From Microcoleaceae cyanobacterium (GTDB lineage: Bacteria; Cyanobacteriota; Cyanobacteriia; Cyanobacteriales; Microcoleaceae), in NCBI GenBank assembly GCA_051652765.1, contig JBOFUV010000062.1, positions 1-36,626 on the forward strand: 36,626 nucleotides of DNA, given 5' to 3'. A program made the position numbers and the translations under genes. The notes under the pieces were generated by a model. That model saw only the letters and a list, made by a program, of their open reading frames with translations. It was not told where the DNA came from and searched no databases. Every line of letters begins with the position of its first letter. The first letter of the stretch is position 1. Below are positions 8,609 through 19,203 of this stretch, in pieces.

Positions 8609-10141
8609 TTACGAAAGCTCCGATTCTTGAGTTTCCCCATCCAAAACCTCAACGACTTGATCGTAAATAGATTGAGCCTGCTGAGGAGAATTGCCAATAC
8701 AAGTCAACCCTAACTTGCCAAACTGAGACAGACACCCCATCAGATGAAACACCGTACCAGTCTCTGTACTGTTATCAAAATGGAGTTGATGATCCGCAAC
8801 AATATCGATTAAATCCTCCGGCAACAATCCCCGATAATGTTGTTTTTGTAAATTGTCAGAGGCAATATAAAACTTAGGGCGCTCCTGACGACTATAAAAT
8901 AGCCCTGTCGTTCGATCATAGTGACCATTTGTGAGTAATTTTAACGTCATAAATGGATGGGTTGTTCCGCCTCGACGCAAGTTAATTTCAATAGCATAAA
9001 CTTGCCAATCCGAATCCTGGCGTACAGTAATAAAATCCACACCAAACCGCTCCAGGGCTCCTTTTCTTAACAGATTCTCTCCAATCTTTCCCCCTATTTC
9101 CTGTAACGTTAAACGATAGGCTTCATCTGCTGGAAAGCGACAACCCTGAAAAACCTGATGATCTAGCCCCCCTAAAATTTGGTCATGGGTAGAAAGGATT
9201 TCAACGCTTCCAGAGGGCTGAATTAAACATTGAACACTCGGTGATTCCTTGACTTTTCCTTCAATAAAGGCTTCGGAAATTACTCCTAATTCTCGAATTT
9301 GCTGGCTAAAGTTTTCCCAGGTTTCGTGCTGAGCTTGACAGCGAATTTTGGGTAGGCAATTTTGAATTTGGGATAACCGCTCTGATCGAGTTGATCCAAT
9401 CGTTTCAGGTAATTTTAACAGGGCATTTCCTTCACCAGAAAACCCCTGATTCAGTTTAATCACCATTTGGTTTAACTGAGGTTGACGTTCCCATAAATCT
9501 GTTGTCACTTCCAGCAAATCTTCTACTGTCCAGACCAATGCACTCCCGTCTGGATGGGGAATTTCACACTCTGTAAAAATTTCTCGACTGCCACTTTTTG
9601 TTCCCCAATATAACAGTTTGGGATCGGAAGCTAATAGCGGAATTCCTAGCTTAACTGATAACTCCTGCTCCAATTGAGTTGAATTAAAACAGACCATATA
9701 AGTCTGATTAGGCCGCACTGCTTGGGCAATTCGTTCTAGCAAACGAGGACGCTCTAGAATCTTTTCTGTGAGAGATTTATGAGAGGAATCATAGGCAGAG
9801 AACAGCAGTAGGCGATCGCGGGCATGAGAAAAAGGAATTCCTGGCATGAGATGCAGGTAATAGTCAATCACGCTAGGGTGAAGGGGTTGAGAAGTAACAT
9901 AAATCAACCGCATTCGAGGATTCCGCAGACGAGTCAGGGAAAACAGAAACCGTTCTTCATACTGATGAACCCCCTGAACCTTTTGCAGTTGCTTTTGATC
10001 CAGGGTCAAAGAGGGAATCACCAAAACATCCTGTTCCTCTAGGCTGAGTCCATCCGGAGCTCGAACCCTCTGCCGGAGCTGAGCTTGGAGAAACTGAAAC
10101 TTTTCTGCAATGCTATCGGGGGAAGGGCTAATATGCCTCAT
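8609..10141 (-). CDS. Peptide ligase PGM1-related ATP-grasp protein
   Basis: Motifs YEERFLF, GTKSGSREIF, KLNQGFSGEGN, SPSVQ, LSTHDQILGG and EINLRRGGTTHP. Confidence 0.85.
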   Translation of the reverse strand: MRHISPSPDSIAEKFQFLQAQLRQRVRAPDGLSLEEQDVLVIPSLTLDQKQLQKVQGVHQYEERFLFSLTRLRNPRMRLIYVTSQPLHPSVIDYYLHLMPGIPFSHARDRLLLFSAYDSSHKSLTEKILERPRLLERIAQAVRPNQTYMVCFNSTQLEQELSVKLGIPLLASDPKLLYWGTKSGSREIFTECEIPHPDGSALVWTVEDLLEVTTDLWERQPQLNQMVIKLNQGFSGEGNALLKLPETIGSTRSERLSQIQNCLPKIRCQAQHETWENFSQQIRELGVISEAFIEGKVKESPSVQCLIQPSGSVEILSTHDQILGGLDHQVFQGCRFPADEAYRLTLQEIGGKIGENLLRKGALERFGVDFITVRQDSDWQVYAIEINLRRGGTTHPFMTLKLLTNGHYDRTTGLFYSRQERPKFYIASDNLQKQHYRGLLPEDLIDIVADHQLHFDNSTETGTVFHLMGCLSQFGKLGLTCIGNSPQQAQSIYDQVVEVLDGETQESELS

Positions 10142-10364
10142 AACCCTAGTTTAATCCAGATCTAACTTTCTAATCTTAATTGATGTCTTCTGTGAAAACC
10201 TATACTTTTACATGAATCGCAAACTTTCGGTATAGGATCGAGATGAGTTTTGTACCTAGCTCTTCTGAGTTTTAGAAAATAAGAAAAATAAAATTTCTTG
10301 TGATGGGGAAATCTTACTAACTTAAAGCTATTTTAAGGCCACAAAAAGTAACCAGATTTTACTT

Positions 10365-11534
10365 ATGACAACCTACGATTGCATTGTAATTGGTGCCGGA
10401 ATTACAGGGACAGCCCTGAGCTATGAACTCAGAAAGATTGGCTTTCAAGTACTACTTTTAGAGCAAGATATAGTTTTTCAAGGTGCTACTCGTTACAGCT
10501 ATGGTGGTCTTGCCTATTGGTCAGGAACAACAGAGTTAACTCGCACGTTATGTCGAGAAGGCAAAGCCCGTTATCAGATTTTGTCTCAAGAATTGGCAGC
10601 AGATACTCAATTCCGGGAGGTAGATTTGCTGCTCACTGTCAACAGCGATCGCGATCCGCAATCTTTAATCCGTGATTATGAGCGCTTTGCCACGCCCCCG
10701 CAACTATTAACAGTAACAGAAGCCTGTGAACGAGAACCGTTGTTAAATCCTGCGGCAATTTCTGGGGCATTTACCGTTCGCCACGGTCATATTTCTCCAG
10801 AGAATTTAAACCAGGGATATTGTGACGCATTTAAACAGTTGGGAGGGATTTTTGAAATTACTCAGGTGACTCACTTTTTGCAGGATAAACATCAAATGAT
10901 AGGAGTACAAACTCAGGAAAACTCCTACTTTGGAAAAAATATTATTGTTTGTGCAGGTGGATTCACCCGCAGATTATTGCAATCAGCAGGGATTCCTTTG
11001 CGAATTCATTTCACCCATACAGAAATCTTAGAAACTCCTGCTGTTGAAGTGAACTTACAAACAATAGTCATGTCGGCAGGAATGGAGCGGTTTCAGTTGG
11101 AAGCAGAGGCAACCCAGCCTGAACTAGAGCCGTTATGGAATCAGCCTAATCACGAGTTTGTCCCACTGATTATTGATACAAGTGCTGTTCAATTTCTGAA
11201 TGCTGGTCTGAGAATCGGTCAGCCATCCCGAGTGCTCAGCAATCCCGATGCAAACATTGATCCAGTGAACAGTGAAGCCTTGATTCGGCAAGCAATCGGT
11301 GAGATTCTACCGGCGTTAAAGACACTACCTGCAACGTGGTATCACTGTTTGGTGGCATTTACATCTGATAGTTTGCCCCTTGTGGGTGCAATTCCTCGGG
11401 TTGAAGGATTACATGTTTTCTCGGGATTTAGTAACCCCTTAGTTTTCGTACCTCCCTTAGCCAAACGGTTTGCTCAGGTTTTATCAGGACAAAAAGATGA
11501 AATCATCGAACAATTATCACCCAGTCGTTTTTAA
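10365..11534 (+). CDS. FAD-dependent oxidoreductase, DAO/glycine oxidase family
   Basis: N-terminal VIGAGITG dinucleotide motif, GAT motif, EPLLN, VCAGG and C-terminal DSLPLVG. Confidence 0.88.
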   Translation: MTTYDCIVIGAGITGTALSYELRKIGFQVLLLEQDIVFQGATRYSYGGLAYWSGTTELTRTLCREGKARYQILSQELAADTQFREVDLLLTVNSDRDPQSLIRDYERFATPPQLLTVTEACEREPLLNPAAISGAFTVRHGHISPENLNQGYCDAFKQLGGIFEITQVTHFLQDKHQMIGVQTQENSYFGKNIIVCAGGFTRRLLQSAGIPLRIHFTHTEILETPAVEVNLQTIVMSAGMERFQLEAEATQPELEPLWNQPNHEFVPLIIDTSAVQFLNAGLRIGQPSRVLSNPDANIDPVNSEALIRQAIGEILPALKTLPATWYHCLVAFTSDSLPLVGAIPRVEGLHVFSGFSNPLVFVPPLAKRFAQVLSGQKDEIIEQLSPSRF

Positions 11535-11563
11535 ACATTCCTGTTTTAAACATTCCTGTACCG

Positions 11564-12337
11564 TTAAAACTGGTCTTTCATGCCTCTCAAGCGAGCAAAA
11601 GTTTGGACTGGATCTTGGCTTTTAACGGCTGCTTGTAGCTCCGAAAAATCCCACCGGAGAAATGGGTTTGTTAACTTTTCTAGGCCAATTGTTGAAGGCA
11701 CGGTTGCTTCATTACGACTGCGAGCAACCTGAACCTGTTGCAACCGATCTTGTAAGTTGGAATTGCTAGCATCAACAGCGATCGCAAATTGCAAATTTTT
11801 CAACGTGTATTCATGGGCACACCAGACCCGAGTGGCTTCCGGTAGGTTGCGTAACTGACTCAGGGATTGCACCATCTGTTGCGGGGTTCCTTCCAATAAA
11901 CGACCACAGCCTCCTGCAAACAGCGTATCTCCGCAGAACAGTTCCCCAAACTGATCGGCAGTTTGAGCGGGAAAATAATAGGCAATGTGGGCCTTCGTAT
12001 GTCCAGGAATAAACAGCACCTTCCCAACCCGCTGGCCAAATTGCACCTGATCCCCGTTTTTGAGAAAAACCTGTTGGCCTGGGATTCTCCCCTGATCCTC
12101 TACTCCCCCATACACTGTGGCATTTGGGAAGCGGTGCAATAGTTGATCATTGCCGCCAATATGGTCGCGGTGATGATGAGTGTTAAAAATAGCAATCAGT
12201 TCTGCCCCAAGCCCTTGTAACCGACGGAGAACTGGATCAGCTTCCGCCGGATCAACAACGGCTGCAGTATTTTTTTCAGGATCGTGTAGCAGAAAGATAT
12301 AGTTATCAGAGAGTACTGGAAGCCGCTCGACATGCAT
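11564..12337 (-). CDS. gloB: Hydroxyacylglutathione hydrolase (glyoxalase II)
   Basis: [32 protein letters not shown] and EKLTNPFLR. Confidence 0.96.
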   Translation of the reverse strand: MHVERLPVLSDNYIFLLHDPEKNTAAVVDPAEADPVLRRLQGLGAELIAIFNTHHHRDHIGGNDQLLHRFPNATVYGGVEDQGRIPGQQVFLKNGDQVQFGQRVGKVLFIPGHTKAHIAYYFPAQTADQFGELFCGDTLFAGGCGRLLEGTPQQMVQSLSQLRNLPEATRVWCAHEYTLKNLQFAIAVDASNSNLQDRLQQVQVARSRNEATVPSTIGLEKLTNPFLRWDFSELQAAVKSQDPVQTFARLRGMKDQF

Positions 12338-12759
12338 GGTTAGTTACCTCGGATTGAGCTTAGACTATACTGAACTGATTGGACTCAGCAACTAGATGCT
12401 GAATCCTTGCCCCCTTTAACTTTAATGGATTAACTTTAATGGGTTTTTGACTCTCTCAAGCTTGACATCCGGCAAGATAATCTCACTCCTACCCGTTAAG
12501 TCTTTTGTCACGGCAAAGTGACTTTGCCTCAACCCGTTCAGCGTTCTGTGGCAGGACTCTCCCTATCTAAGAAGATGACTTAATCAAGATACCTAAAAAA
12601 GATGCTTGAAAAAGAGGTTAGAAAGGGGTGAGCTGTGATTGCAAACATCTACTATCCCCCAGATGTTTGATTACCAACAATGAGACTTCTTAAAGATCCT
12701 CTAGACTAATTTAAACTTAATCTATTTCTAAACTCCCATCATTACTCTAGCAACACCTT

Positions 12760-12969
12760 ATGGTACGAATAACACAGCGACAAGCCCCACTAAAAATTGG
12801 TCTGCAGATCGATCGCATATTTGCATCTAGCCAGCTTAGCCGCATGGAATACCTCAACTTGATTTCTGCTATCCTATCGGACAATCAGATCACAGACATG
12901 GAACGCCATCAAATTAACCGGATTTTTGATTATGTGCAGACGGGTCGAATCGACCTGATTGATTCCTAG
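12760..12969 (+). CDS. Small helical hypothetical protein (69 aa)
   Basis: ATG ORF with protein-like composition (ERHQINRIFDYVQTGRI), resembling small cyanobacterial hypothetical proteins; ends 16 bp before the glycosyltransferase. Confidence 0.7.
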   Translation: MVRITQRQAPLKIGLQIDRIFASSQLSRMEYLNLISAILSDNQITDMERHQINRIFDYVQTGRIDLIDS

Positions 12970-12985
12970 ACTTATCGATTAATCT

Positions 12986-14197
12986 ATGAGTTCAAGTCAA
13001 CCTGACCCACTTCTTGGGGTTCCAATAGGGCCTTTTACAATCCTGGGGCAAGCAGATCTACCCACTGAAGTTGGGAGTTTTGTGATTACGCTCTCTATCG
13101 TGATTCCAACTTATCAAGAAAGTAAAAATATTGCAGCCCTCGTTCAGCAACTGACTCAACTGCTCGACCCTGAGCTGCCCAATGAATATGAGCTAATTGT
13201 TGTTGACGATAATAGTCCCGACCAAACTTGGAAGATTGCTCAGGAACAGATGGCCCACTATCCCCAGTTACGGGTTATGCGACGTCAGCAGGAACGGGGG
13301 TTGTCAACTGCTGTGATTCGAGGATGGCAGGTGGCGCGAGGCGATATTTTGGGCGTAATCGATGCTGACCTTCAGCATCCCCCAGAGACTTTAATTCAAT
13401 TGCTAGAAGAAATTGAATCTGGGGCAGATCTGGCGGTTGCCAGTCGCCATGTTAATGCGGGGGGAGTCAGCGACTGGAGCTTTATTCGGCGGTTTCTCTC
13501 ACGGGGCGCACAGCTTTTAGGACTGATTATCCTACCAGGGGTTGTTGGTCGAGTCTCTGACCCGATGAGCGGCTATTTTATGGTGCGGCGGGAAGCCATC
13601 AAGGGCAAAACACTCAATCCCGTGGGCTACAAAATCTTGCTTGAGGTGGTGGCACGGGGGGATATTCGTCAAATTGCCGAGGTAGGCTACGTCTTTCAAG
13701 AACGCTTGGAAGGGGAGAGCAAAGTAACCTGGAAACAGTACATTGAATATCTGCATCACTTGCTTCGATTAAGGTTTTCACGGTGGCCTGTCGGTCGATT
13801 TCTACGCTTTGGAGTGGTTGGGTTCAGTGGAGTGTTTGTCGATCTAGGGATATTTTATCTCCTAAGAACAGCACTTGGATTGGACTTAACTTTGAGCGCA
13901 ATCTTGTCATCAGAAGTTGCTATTTTAAACAATTTTGTCTGGAATGATCTTTGGACGTTTGGTGATATTTCACGGCAACAACGGGGTTGGAAAAGAGGAG
14001 CTAAACGGTTTATTAAATTCAATCTTGTCTGTCTTTTAGGATTAATTTTAAATGTGTCGTTAGTCCATCTTCTACATACTTTCTTGGGCGTAAATGAATA
14101 CTTGGCTAAGTTAATAGCGATTGCCCTAGTCACCTTTTGGAATTTCTGGATCAATCTTAAGCTCAGTTGGCGGGTTACTCAAGTCAAAAAACGTTAA
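12986..14197 (+). CDS. GT2 polyprenyl-phosphate glycosyltransferase (DPM1/GtrB-like) fused to a C-terminal GtrA domain
   Basis: SIVIPTYQE, VVDDNSPD, IDADLQHPP, SDPMSGYF, RLEGESK; then RFGVVGFSG...NFVWNDLWTF...WNFWIN (GtrA). Confidence 0.93.
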   Translation: MSSSQPDPLLGVPIGPFTILGQADLPTEVGSFVITLSIVIPTYQESKNIAALVQQLTQLLDPELPNEYELIVVDDNSPDQTWKIAQEQMAHYPQLRVMRRQQERGLSTAVIRGWQVARGDILGVIDADLQHPPETLIQLLEEIESGADLAVASRHVNAGGVSDWSFIRRFLSRGAQLLGLIILPGVVGRVSDPMSGYFMVRREAIKGKTLNPVGYKILLEVVARGDIRQIAEVGYVFQERLEGESKVTWKQYIEYLHHLLRLRFSRWPVGRFLRFGVVGFSGVFVDLGIFYLLRTALGLDLTLSAILSSEVAILNNFVWNDLWTFGDISRQQRGWKRGAKRFIKFNLVCLLGLILNVSLVHLLHTFLGVNEYLAKLIAIALVTFWNFWINLKLSWRVTQVKKR

Positions 14198-14251
14198 AAA
14201 AACACTAAAAAATCACTAAAGAAAATACTAAATTTAGAATGAGGGTTTGGT

Positions 14252-16075
14252 ATGAGAGTATTGGATAGAACTCGGAATTCTCTAGTGACTTTTTCTCTGG
14301 AAGGATTTGCAATTTTTTTCTTGATCTGTCTCAGCAAACTCCTAGAGAAAAACTTAGCTGAGAATGAAATCGATGTCCTGCCTTTAGCTAAGCAGTTTAT
14401 TGATTCAAGTTGGATTCCAACGGACTGGTATCTGAGCCAACCTCCTGGTTACCGAGTACTATTTCAATTCATCTTTGGTCAACTAATTGTTAGGCTAGGA
14501 TTTTTAGCAACCTCTATTATTGGGCGGCTATTGTGTTATGGCTTAGTTGCTTTTGGATTAGTCTTAATTGGTCGCAAGTTAGGGTTAAAGATTCATTGGC
14601 TTTTGTTGTCAACAACATTATTTCTATTCTTACAAGACTATCGTCGATTGTTCGACAGTTTGTTCTTGAAAATTGGTGTTGATGGCGCTCAGTGGCTTGT
14701 AGCTATTTGTGCTGCGATTGCATTTATTTTGATCATATTTCACCGAAAATTTTCTCTAGAAGATCCGAAAATCCCATTTGCAATATTTGGGTTGTGCTTA
14801 CTTCTCATTGGGAATAACCGTTCCTACAGTGTTGTTGCCAATGAGTGGTTAATAGGAGGAATAGAAGCAAAAGCCATTGCTTATGGGTTTGTTGTCGTTG
14901 CAATTGGATTAATGCTTCGTCAACGTTACTTCATCATGGCATTTCTTTTGGGAATTGCAACTTCCTTTCATGTTCTCGTCGGAGGTTATGCATTTCTAAC
15001 CATAATTCTTGGGTTCATCATCCGATGGAAAGCCCACTTCAATACTGTTCATCTCAATACCTTTCATCAGTTAGGCATCATCCTTGGCAGTTACCTCCTT
15101 GGCAGTATCTTTGCGATTCAACCTGTATTAGCACAGTTACTCACACCCACCCCGGCAGGTGAACTCAGCCCCTCTTATATCTATGTTTTTCTGAGGCTGC
15201 CTCATCATTTAAATCCTTTGGTTTGGCCATCAAGGTGGTGGATCAATCTAATTATTTATCTAGCTATTTTGATTGGAAGTATCCTAATACTTCACCTGAA
15301 TCCTGCCTCAGAGTTAGCATCAACAGCAGCAGTTGAACATCATGATGCTCAGGTTACACTTTTTCAATTGACCCTCATCAGTTTAATTCCGTTTTTGATC
15401 GGATTAATCATTGCTCCATTTGATGCAGAAGGCAAGCTATTGCAATACTATCCTTTCCGGTTTGGAGATGTAATGTTACCCCTGAATACCTATTTGTTAT
15501 TTGCCTGTACTTTACAATCGGTTTTCGCTACAAAAACTCGTTGGATTGGGTCAATCCTGCCCTTATTCTTGGTTGGAGTCGCTCTCAATACTTGGATGCC
15601 AAATTTTTATCGATCTGCTCTGGAACTTCGGCAATTTCCTAGTGCTGAACAAGGCGTTACTTCAGGGGGGAAAGAGTTGTGTTTTTGGATCAAAGGCAAT
15701 ATTTCTGGGGATAGCCGCGTTGTGACTTCACCTGGAGATCTGCAGTACTTTACCTGGCTATCTGAACGAGCAACTATTGCTAAATTTAAGCTCTTTCCCC
15801 AAACTAAAGGGGGGATTTTAGAATGGCATGAACGGCTAAATAATCTCAGTGGTGGGTCTTCTGCTTGGGCATCAATTAGCACTCAACAAGGGACTAGTGT
15901 TTTTACAGATGTGGCTCAGCAACTGAGGCAAGATTATCATCAATTAACAACAGCGCAGGCGATCGCTCTGATGAATCAATATCAAGCAGACTATTTTTTG
16001 GCAAATTCGGATCGATCGTTAGACTTACCTATTGTTTTTCAGAATCAGTCTTATCGTCTTTATCGAAAAAATTAG
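14252..16075 (+). CDS. Polytopic membrane protein, DUF6798-like, probable GT-C fold
   Basis: More than 10 TM segments; motifs NEIDVLP, DWYL, ATSFHVLVGG, YVFLRLPHHLNP, YYPFRFGD and EWHERL; soluble C-terminal tail. Confidence 0.7.
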   Translation: MRVLDRTRNSLVTFSLEGFAIFFLICLSKLLEKNLAENEIDVLPLAKQFIDSSWIPTDWYLSQPPGYRVLFQFIFGQLIVRLGFLATSIIGRLLCYGLVAFGLVLIGRKLGLKIHWLLLSTTLFLFLQDYRRLFDSLFLKIGVDGAQWLVAICAAIAFILIIFHRKFSLEDPKIPFAIFGLCLLLIGNNRSYSVVANEWLIGGIEAKAIAYGFVVVAIGLMLRQRYFIMAFLLGIATSFHVLVGGYAFLTIILGFIIRWKAHFNTVHLNTFHQLGIILGSYLLGSIFAIQPVLAQLLTPTPAGELSPSYIYVFLRLPHHLNPLVWPSRWWINLIIYLAILIGSILILHLNPASELASTAAVEHHDAQVTLFQLTLISLIPFLIGLIIAPFDAEGKLLQYYPFRFGDVMLPLNTYLLFACTLQSVFATKTRWIGSILPLFLVGVALNTWMPNFYRSALELRQFPSAEQGVTSGGKELCFWIKGNISGDSRVVTSPGDLQYFTWLSERATIAKFKLFPQTKGGILEWHERLNNLSGGSSAWASISTQQGTSVFTDVAQQLRQDYHQLTTAQAIALMNQYQADYFLANSDRSLDLPIVFQNQSYRLYRKN

Positions 16076-16313
16076 ACTTTACATCCATTTGATCTCATTG
16101 CTGATCGGTTCAGCGGATGTTCAAAAAAGGAGATCGCTTTTGCATGAAAGCTTAGGGGGGTTGAACTCAGCTTCATTCCCCTAGCTCTAAATTGACAGCA
16201 ATCTCCAACGGCACCAACCTGTGCAAAACGACAGTGTTGCATTGGTCACAACTCAAAAATGGTAATAGTCTAAGACTGTTACCGATGGCAAATAAAAGAA
16301 TGCATAGAAATAG

Positions 16314-16387
16314 GGCGAACGATGGGACTTGAACCCACGAATGGTGGAATCACAATCCACTGCCTTAACCACTTGGCTACGCCCGCC
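16314..16387 (-). tRNA. trnH: tRNA-His (GUG)
   Basis: Reverse complement GGCGGGCGTAGCCAAGTGGTTAAGGCAGTGGATTGTGATTCCACCATTCGTGGGTTCAAGTCCCATCGTTCGCC folds as a cloverleaf. Anticodon GTG; G-1 and C73 identity elements present; CCA not fully encoded. Confidence 0.97.
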
Positions 16388-16640
16388 GTATAGATTTGGA
16401 TCATAGCACAGACATAAGAAGAAAAACAACAATCTCGTGGGATTCAATTGAATCATCCTAGAGCTTTTGGATTGTCATAATGCAAAAAATGCAAGATGCA
16501 GAAATAGGATTCAACCGGAGGTTCTTGGGTTTCCTGCTACCTGTATCCCCTCCAATTCAGGTGTTTTGGCCTCAGTTTCATAACGGTGCAACTGAAAGGT
16601 GAATTGTAAAATCTTGTTAAAGAAACGAGTGGAGAAATCT

Positions 16641-16654
16641 GTAAGCTTAATTAC
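16641..16654 (+). promoter_or_regulatory. Possible NtcA box upstream of ilvB
   Basis: GTA-AGCTTAAT-TAC (GTA-N8-TAC) with TAACTT 20 nt downstream; canonical spacing is about 22-23. Could be chance. Confidence 0.3.
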
Positions 16655-16712
16655 CATTATTACCATTAGAATAATAACTTTAATCTAAACCTACTGACGC
16701 TGAGGAATTCCC

Positions 16713-18551
16713 GTGCAGTTGAGAACAAAGGTATCAGCAAAGCGTGCAACTGGGGCATTTGCTTTAATCGACAGCCTAAAACGCCATGGCGTACAGCATA
16801 TTTTTGGCTATCCTGGTGGAGCAATTCTCCCCATTTATGATGAGCTTTATCGAGCGGAAGCGACAGGCGACATCCAACATATTTTAGTGCGGCACGAGCA
16901 GGGAGCAGCCCATGCCGCAGATGGTTATGCCCGTGCTACGGGTCGAGTGGGGGTATGTTTTGGTACCTCTGGCCCCGGTGCGACTAATTTAGTGACGGGG
17001 ATTGCTACGGCTCACATGGATTCTATTCCCATGGTGATTATTACTGGGCAGGTGGCCCGTAAGGCAATCGGGACTGATGCCTTTCAGGAAACCGATATTT
17101 TTGGAATCACCCTGCCGATTGTGAAGCATTCCTATTTGGTGCGCGATCCAGAGCACATGGCGCGGATCATAGCGGAGGCGTTCCATATTGCTAGTACGGG
17201 TAGACCGGGCCCCGTTTTGGTTGATATTCCCAAGGATGTAGGTTTAGAAGAGTTTGACTATGTTCCGGTGAATCCGGGGGAAGTTGCTCTGCCCGGATAT
17301 CGACCTACGGTCAAGGGGAATAAGCGTCAGATTAACCAAGCCATTAAGCTGATGCAAGAGGCTCACCGGCCTTTGCTTTATATTGGCGGCGGGGCGATCG
17401 CTGCGGCGGCCCATGACGAAATCAAGGAACTCGCTGAACAGTTCCAGATCCCTGTCACCACAACGTTGATGGGCAAAGGGGCATTTGATGAAAATCACCC
17501 CTTGTCCGTAGGGATGTTGGGAATGCACGGAACTGCCTATGCGAACTTCTCAGTCAGCGAGTGTGATTTGTTGATTGCCGTGGGGGCTCGCTTTGACGAT
17601 CGGGTGACCGGGAAACTGGATGAATTTGCCGCTCGGGCCCAGGTAATTCACATTGATATTGATCCGGCTGAAGTTGGAAAGAATCGTGCTCCAGAAGTGC
17701 CAATCGTAGGGGATGTGCGGCAGGTTTTGGTGGATTTACTACATTATTGTCGAGAACTGGATATCGCCGTTCACCCCGGTCAAACTCAGGACTGGTTGAC
17801 ACGGATTGATCGGTGGCGCGAGGACTATCCCCTGGAAATTCCTCAATATGCTGACTGTCTCTCCCCTCAGGAGGTGATTGCTCAGTTAGGGCGGATGGCT
17901 CCCAAGGCTTATTACACCACAGACGTTGGTCAGCATCAGATGTGGGCCGCCCAATTTTTAAAGAATGGGCCTCGCCAATGGATTTCTAGTGCAGGTTTAG
18001 GAACCATGGGGTATGGGCTTCCGGCAGCGATGGGGGCTAAAGTTGCTCTTCCTGATCAAGAGGTGATTTGTATCGCTGGAGATGCTAGCGTGCAGATGAA
18101 TATTCAGGAGTTGGGAACCCTGGTGCAGTATGGCATCAACGCCAAGACTGTGATTATCAACAACGGATGGCAGGGAATGGTGCGTCAGTGGCAACAGGCA
18201 TTCTACGGGGAACGGTATTCTTCGTCCAATATGGAAATGGGAATGCCTGACTTCGTGAAGTTGGCGGAGGCTTACGGGCTTAAGGGTATGTTAGTGACTC
18301 AGCGGGATGAGTTGCAGAGTGCGTTGGCTGAAATGCTGGCTCATCATGGCCCTGTGTTGATGGATGTTCGGGTTCACAGGGAAGAGAACTGCTATCCCAT
18401 GATCGCCCCCGGCAAGAGCAATGCCCAAATGTTAGGATTGCCGGAACGGAAGAAGCTAGAACAGTCTGCTGAACTAGTTTACTGCACTCACTGTGGAGCA
18501 AAGAATCCAAACAGCAACACGTTCTGCCCTGAGTGCGGCACAAAGTTATAA
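16713..18551 (+). CDS. ilvB: Acetolactate synthase large subunit with C-terminal zinc ribbon
   Basis: [44 protein letters not shown]...NN (ThDP motif), GMVRQWQ; C-terminal CTHC..CPEC. Confidence 0.97.
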   Translation: MQLRTKVSAKRATGAFALIDSLKRHGVQHIFGYPGGAILPIYDELYRAEATGDIQHILVRHEQGAAHAADGYARATGRVGVCFGTSGPGATNLVTGIATAHMDSIPMVIITGQVARKAIGTDAFQETDIFGITLPIVKHSYLVRDPEHMARIIAEAFHIASTGRPGPVLVDIPKDVGLEEFDYVPVNPGEVALPGYRPTVKGNKRQINQAIKLMQEAHRPLLYIGGGAIAAAAHDEIKELAEQFQIPVTTTLMGKGAFDENHPLSVGMLGMHGTAYANFSVSECDLLIAVGARFDDRVTGKLDEFAARAQVIHIDIDPAEVGKNRAPEVPIVGDVRQVLVDLLHYCRELDIAVHPGQTQDWLTRIDRWREDYPLEIPQYADCLSPQEVIAQLGRMAPKAYYTTDVGQHQMWAAQFLKNGPRQWISSAGLGTMGYGLPAAMGAKVALPDQEVICIAGDASVQMNIQELGTLVQYGINAKTVIINNGWQGMVRQWQQAFYGERYSSSNMEMGMPDFVKLAEAYGLKGMLVTQRDELQSALAEMLAHHGPVLMDVRVHREENCYPMIAPGKSNAQMLGLPERKKLEQSAELVYCTHCGAKNPNSNTFCPECGTKL

Positions 18552-18567
18552 AGTGGCAGTGCAGGTA

Positions 18568-18600
18568 AACCCCTTCTCACCTCCCCTTGCCAAGGGGAGG
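18568..18600. repeat. GC-rich REP-like palindrome after ilvB (possible terminator)
   Basis: CCTCCCCTTG-C-CAAGGGGAGG (18580-18600) preceded by ACCCCTTCTCA, in the style of cyanobacterial dispersed stem-loop repeats. Confidence 0.65.
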
Positions 18601-19203
18601 CGTTAGGTGGTGGAAGCGATCTTTTGTATAGAGGAATTGGTATAACATCAAGTTTGACAGCTGACAAAACCTCGATATGGAGCCTTCGAGTAGATATCTT
18701 GAAGAAATCTTGCGACAGTGTTTCCATTTGTTACGCTTTGTCAAATTTGGTAGCTTAGGGATTCTTCCTAGAATATTCATGGTATTTTTTAGAAAGTAAG
18801 GGCGCACTCGGTTCCATCTTCAACCGAACCCACCATGAGATTGAAGCTAGTGTCCTCCTGCTTTAGTCCCGTTGTATCTTCTGATCGAAAATGTCAGCCA
18901 AGAAGAATGTTGGCGATGCTTGTTAGATTAAGTTTTGCCTGAAACTGTTTCGTTAGAGAATCTAGTTGTTGCTTTTGGGCAGGCTGTCATAGCAATCATA
19001 GTTGTAACAAAAGTCTGAATTGACTTTAGTGGCTAGTGACCTGAACAGGTTCAAGATACAATTCATGTAAACCTTTAGTTAAGTTTTGTCCATCCTTTCG
19101 AACTAGATAACGATTTAACTTCCTAGAAATCTGCTTGAGTCAACTGAGTTCAATTTACAAATTGGTCTAGTAGCCTGCTGCTGCTAGACCTTGCTGTCTG
19201 ACC

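Noticed and set aside
12505..12530. c-di-GMP-I riboswitch suggested by GGCAAA
   Set aside because: No GNRA tetraloop/receptor or second GCAAA-led stem; better explained as a DNA palindrome.
12337..16313. Integrated element or prophage at tRNA-His
   Set aside because: No integrase and no duplicated tRNA 3' end seen in the window.
16253..16456. 67-aa ORF on the minus strand
   Set aside because: It is a translation through the tRNA-His gene.
18790..18835. Glutamine riboswitch suggested by GAAAGTAAG
   Set aside because: The upstream CGTT-type strand and the three-stem junction are missing, and no gifB-like gene follows.
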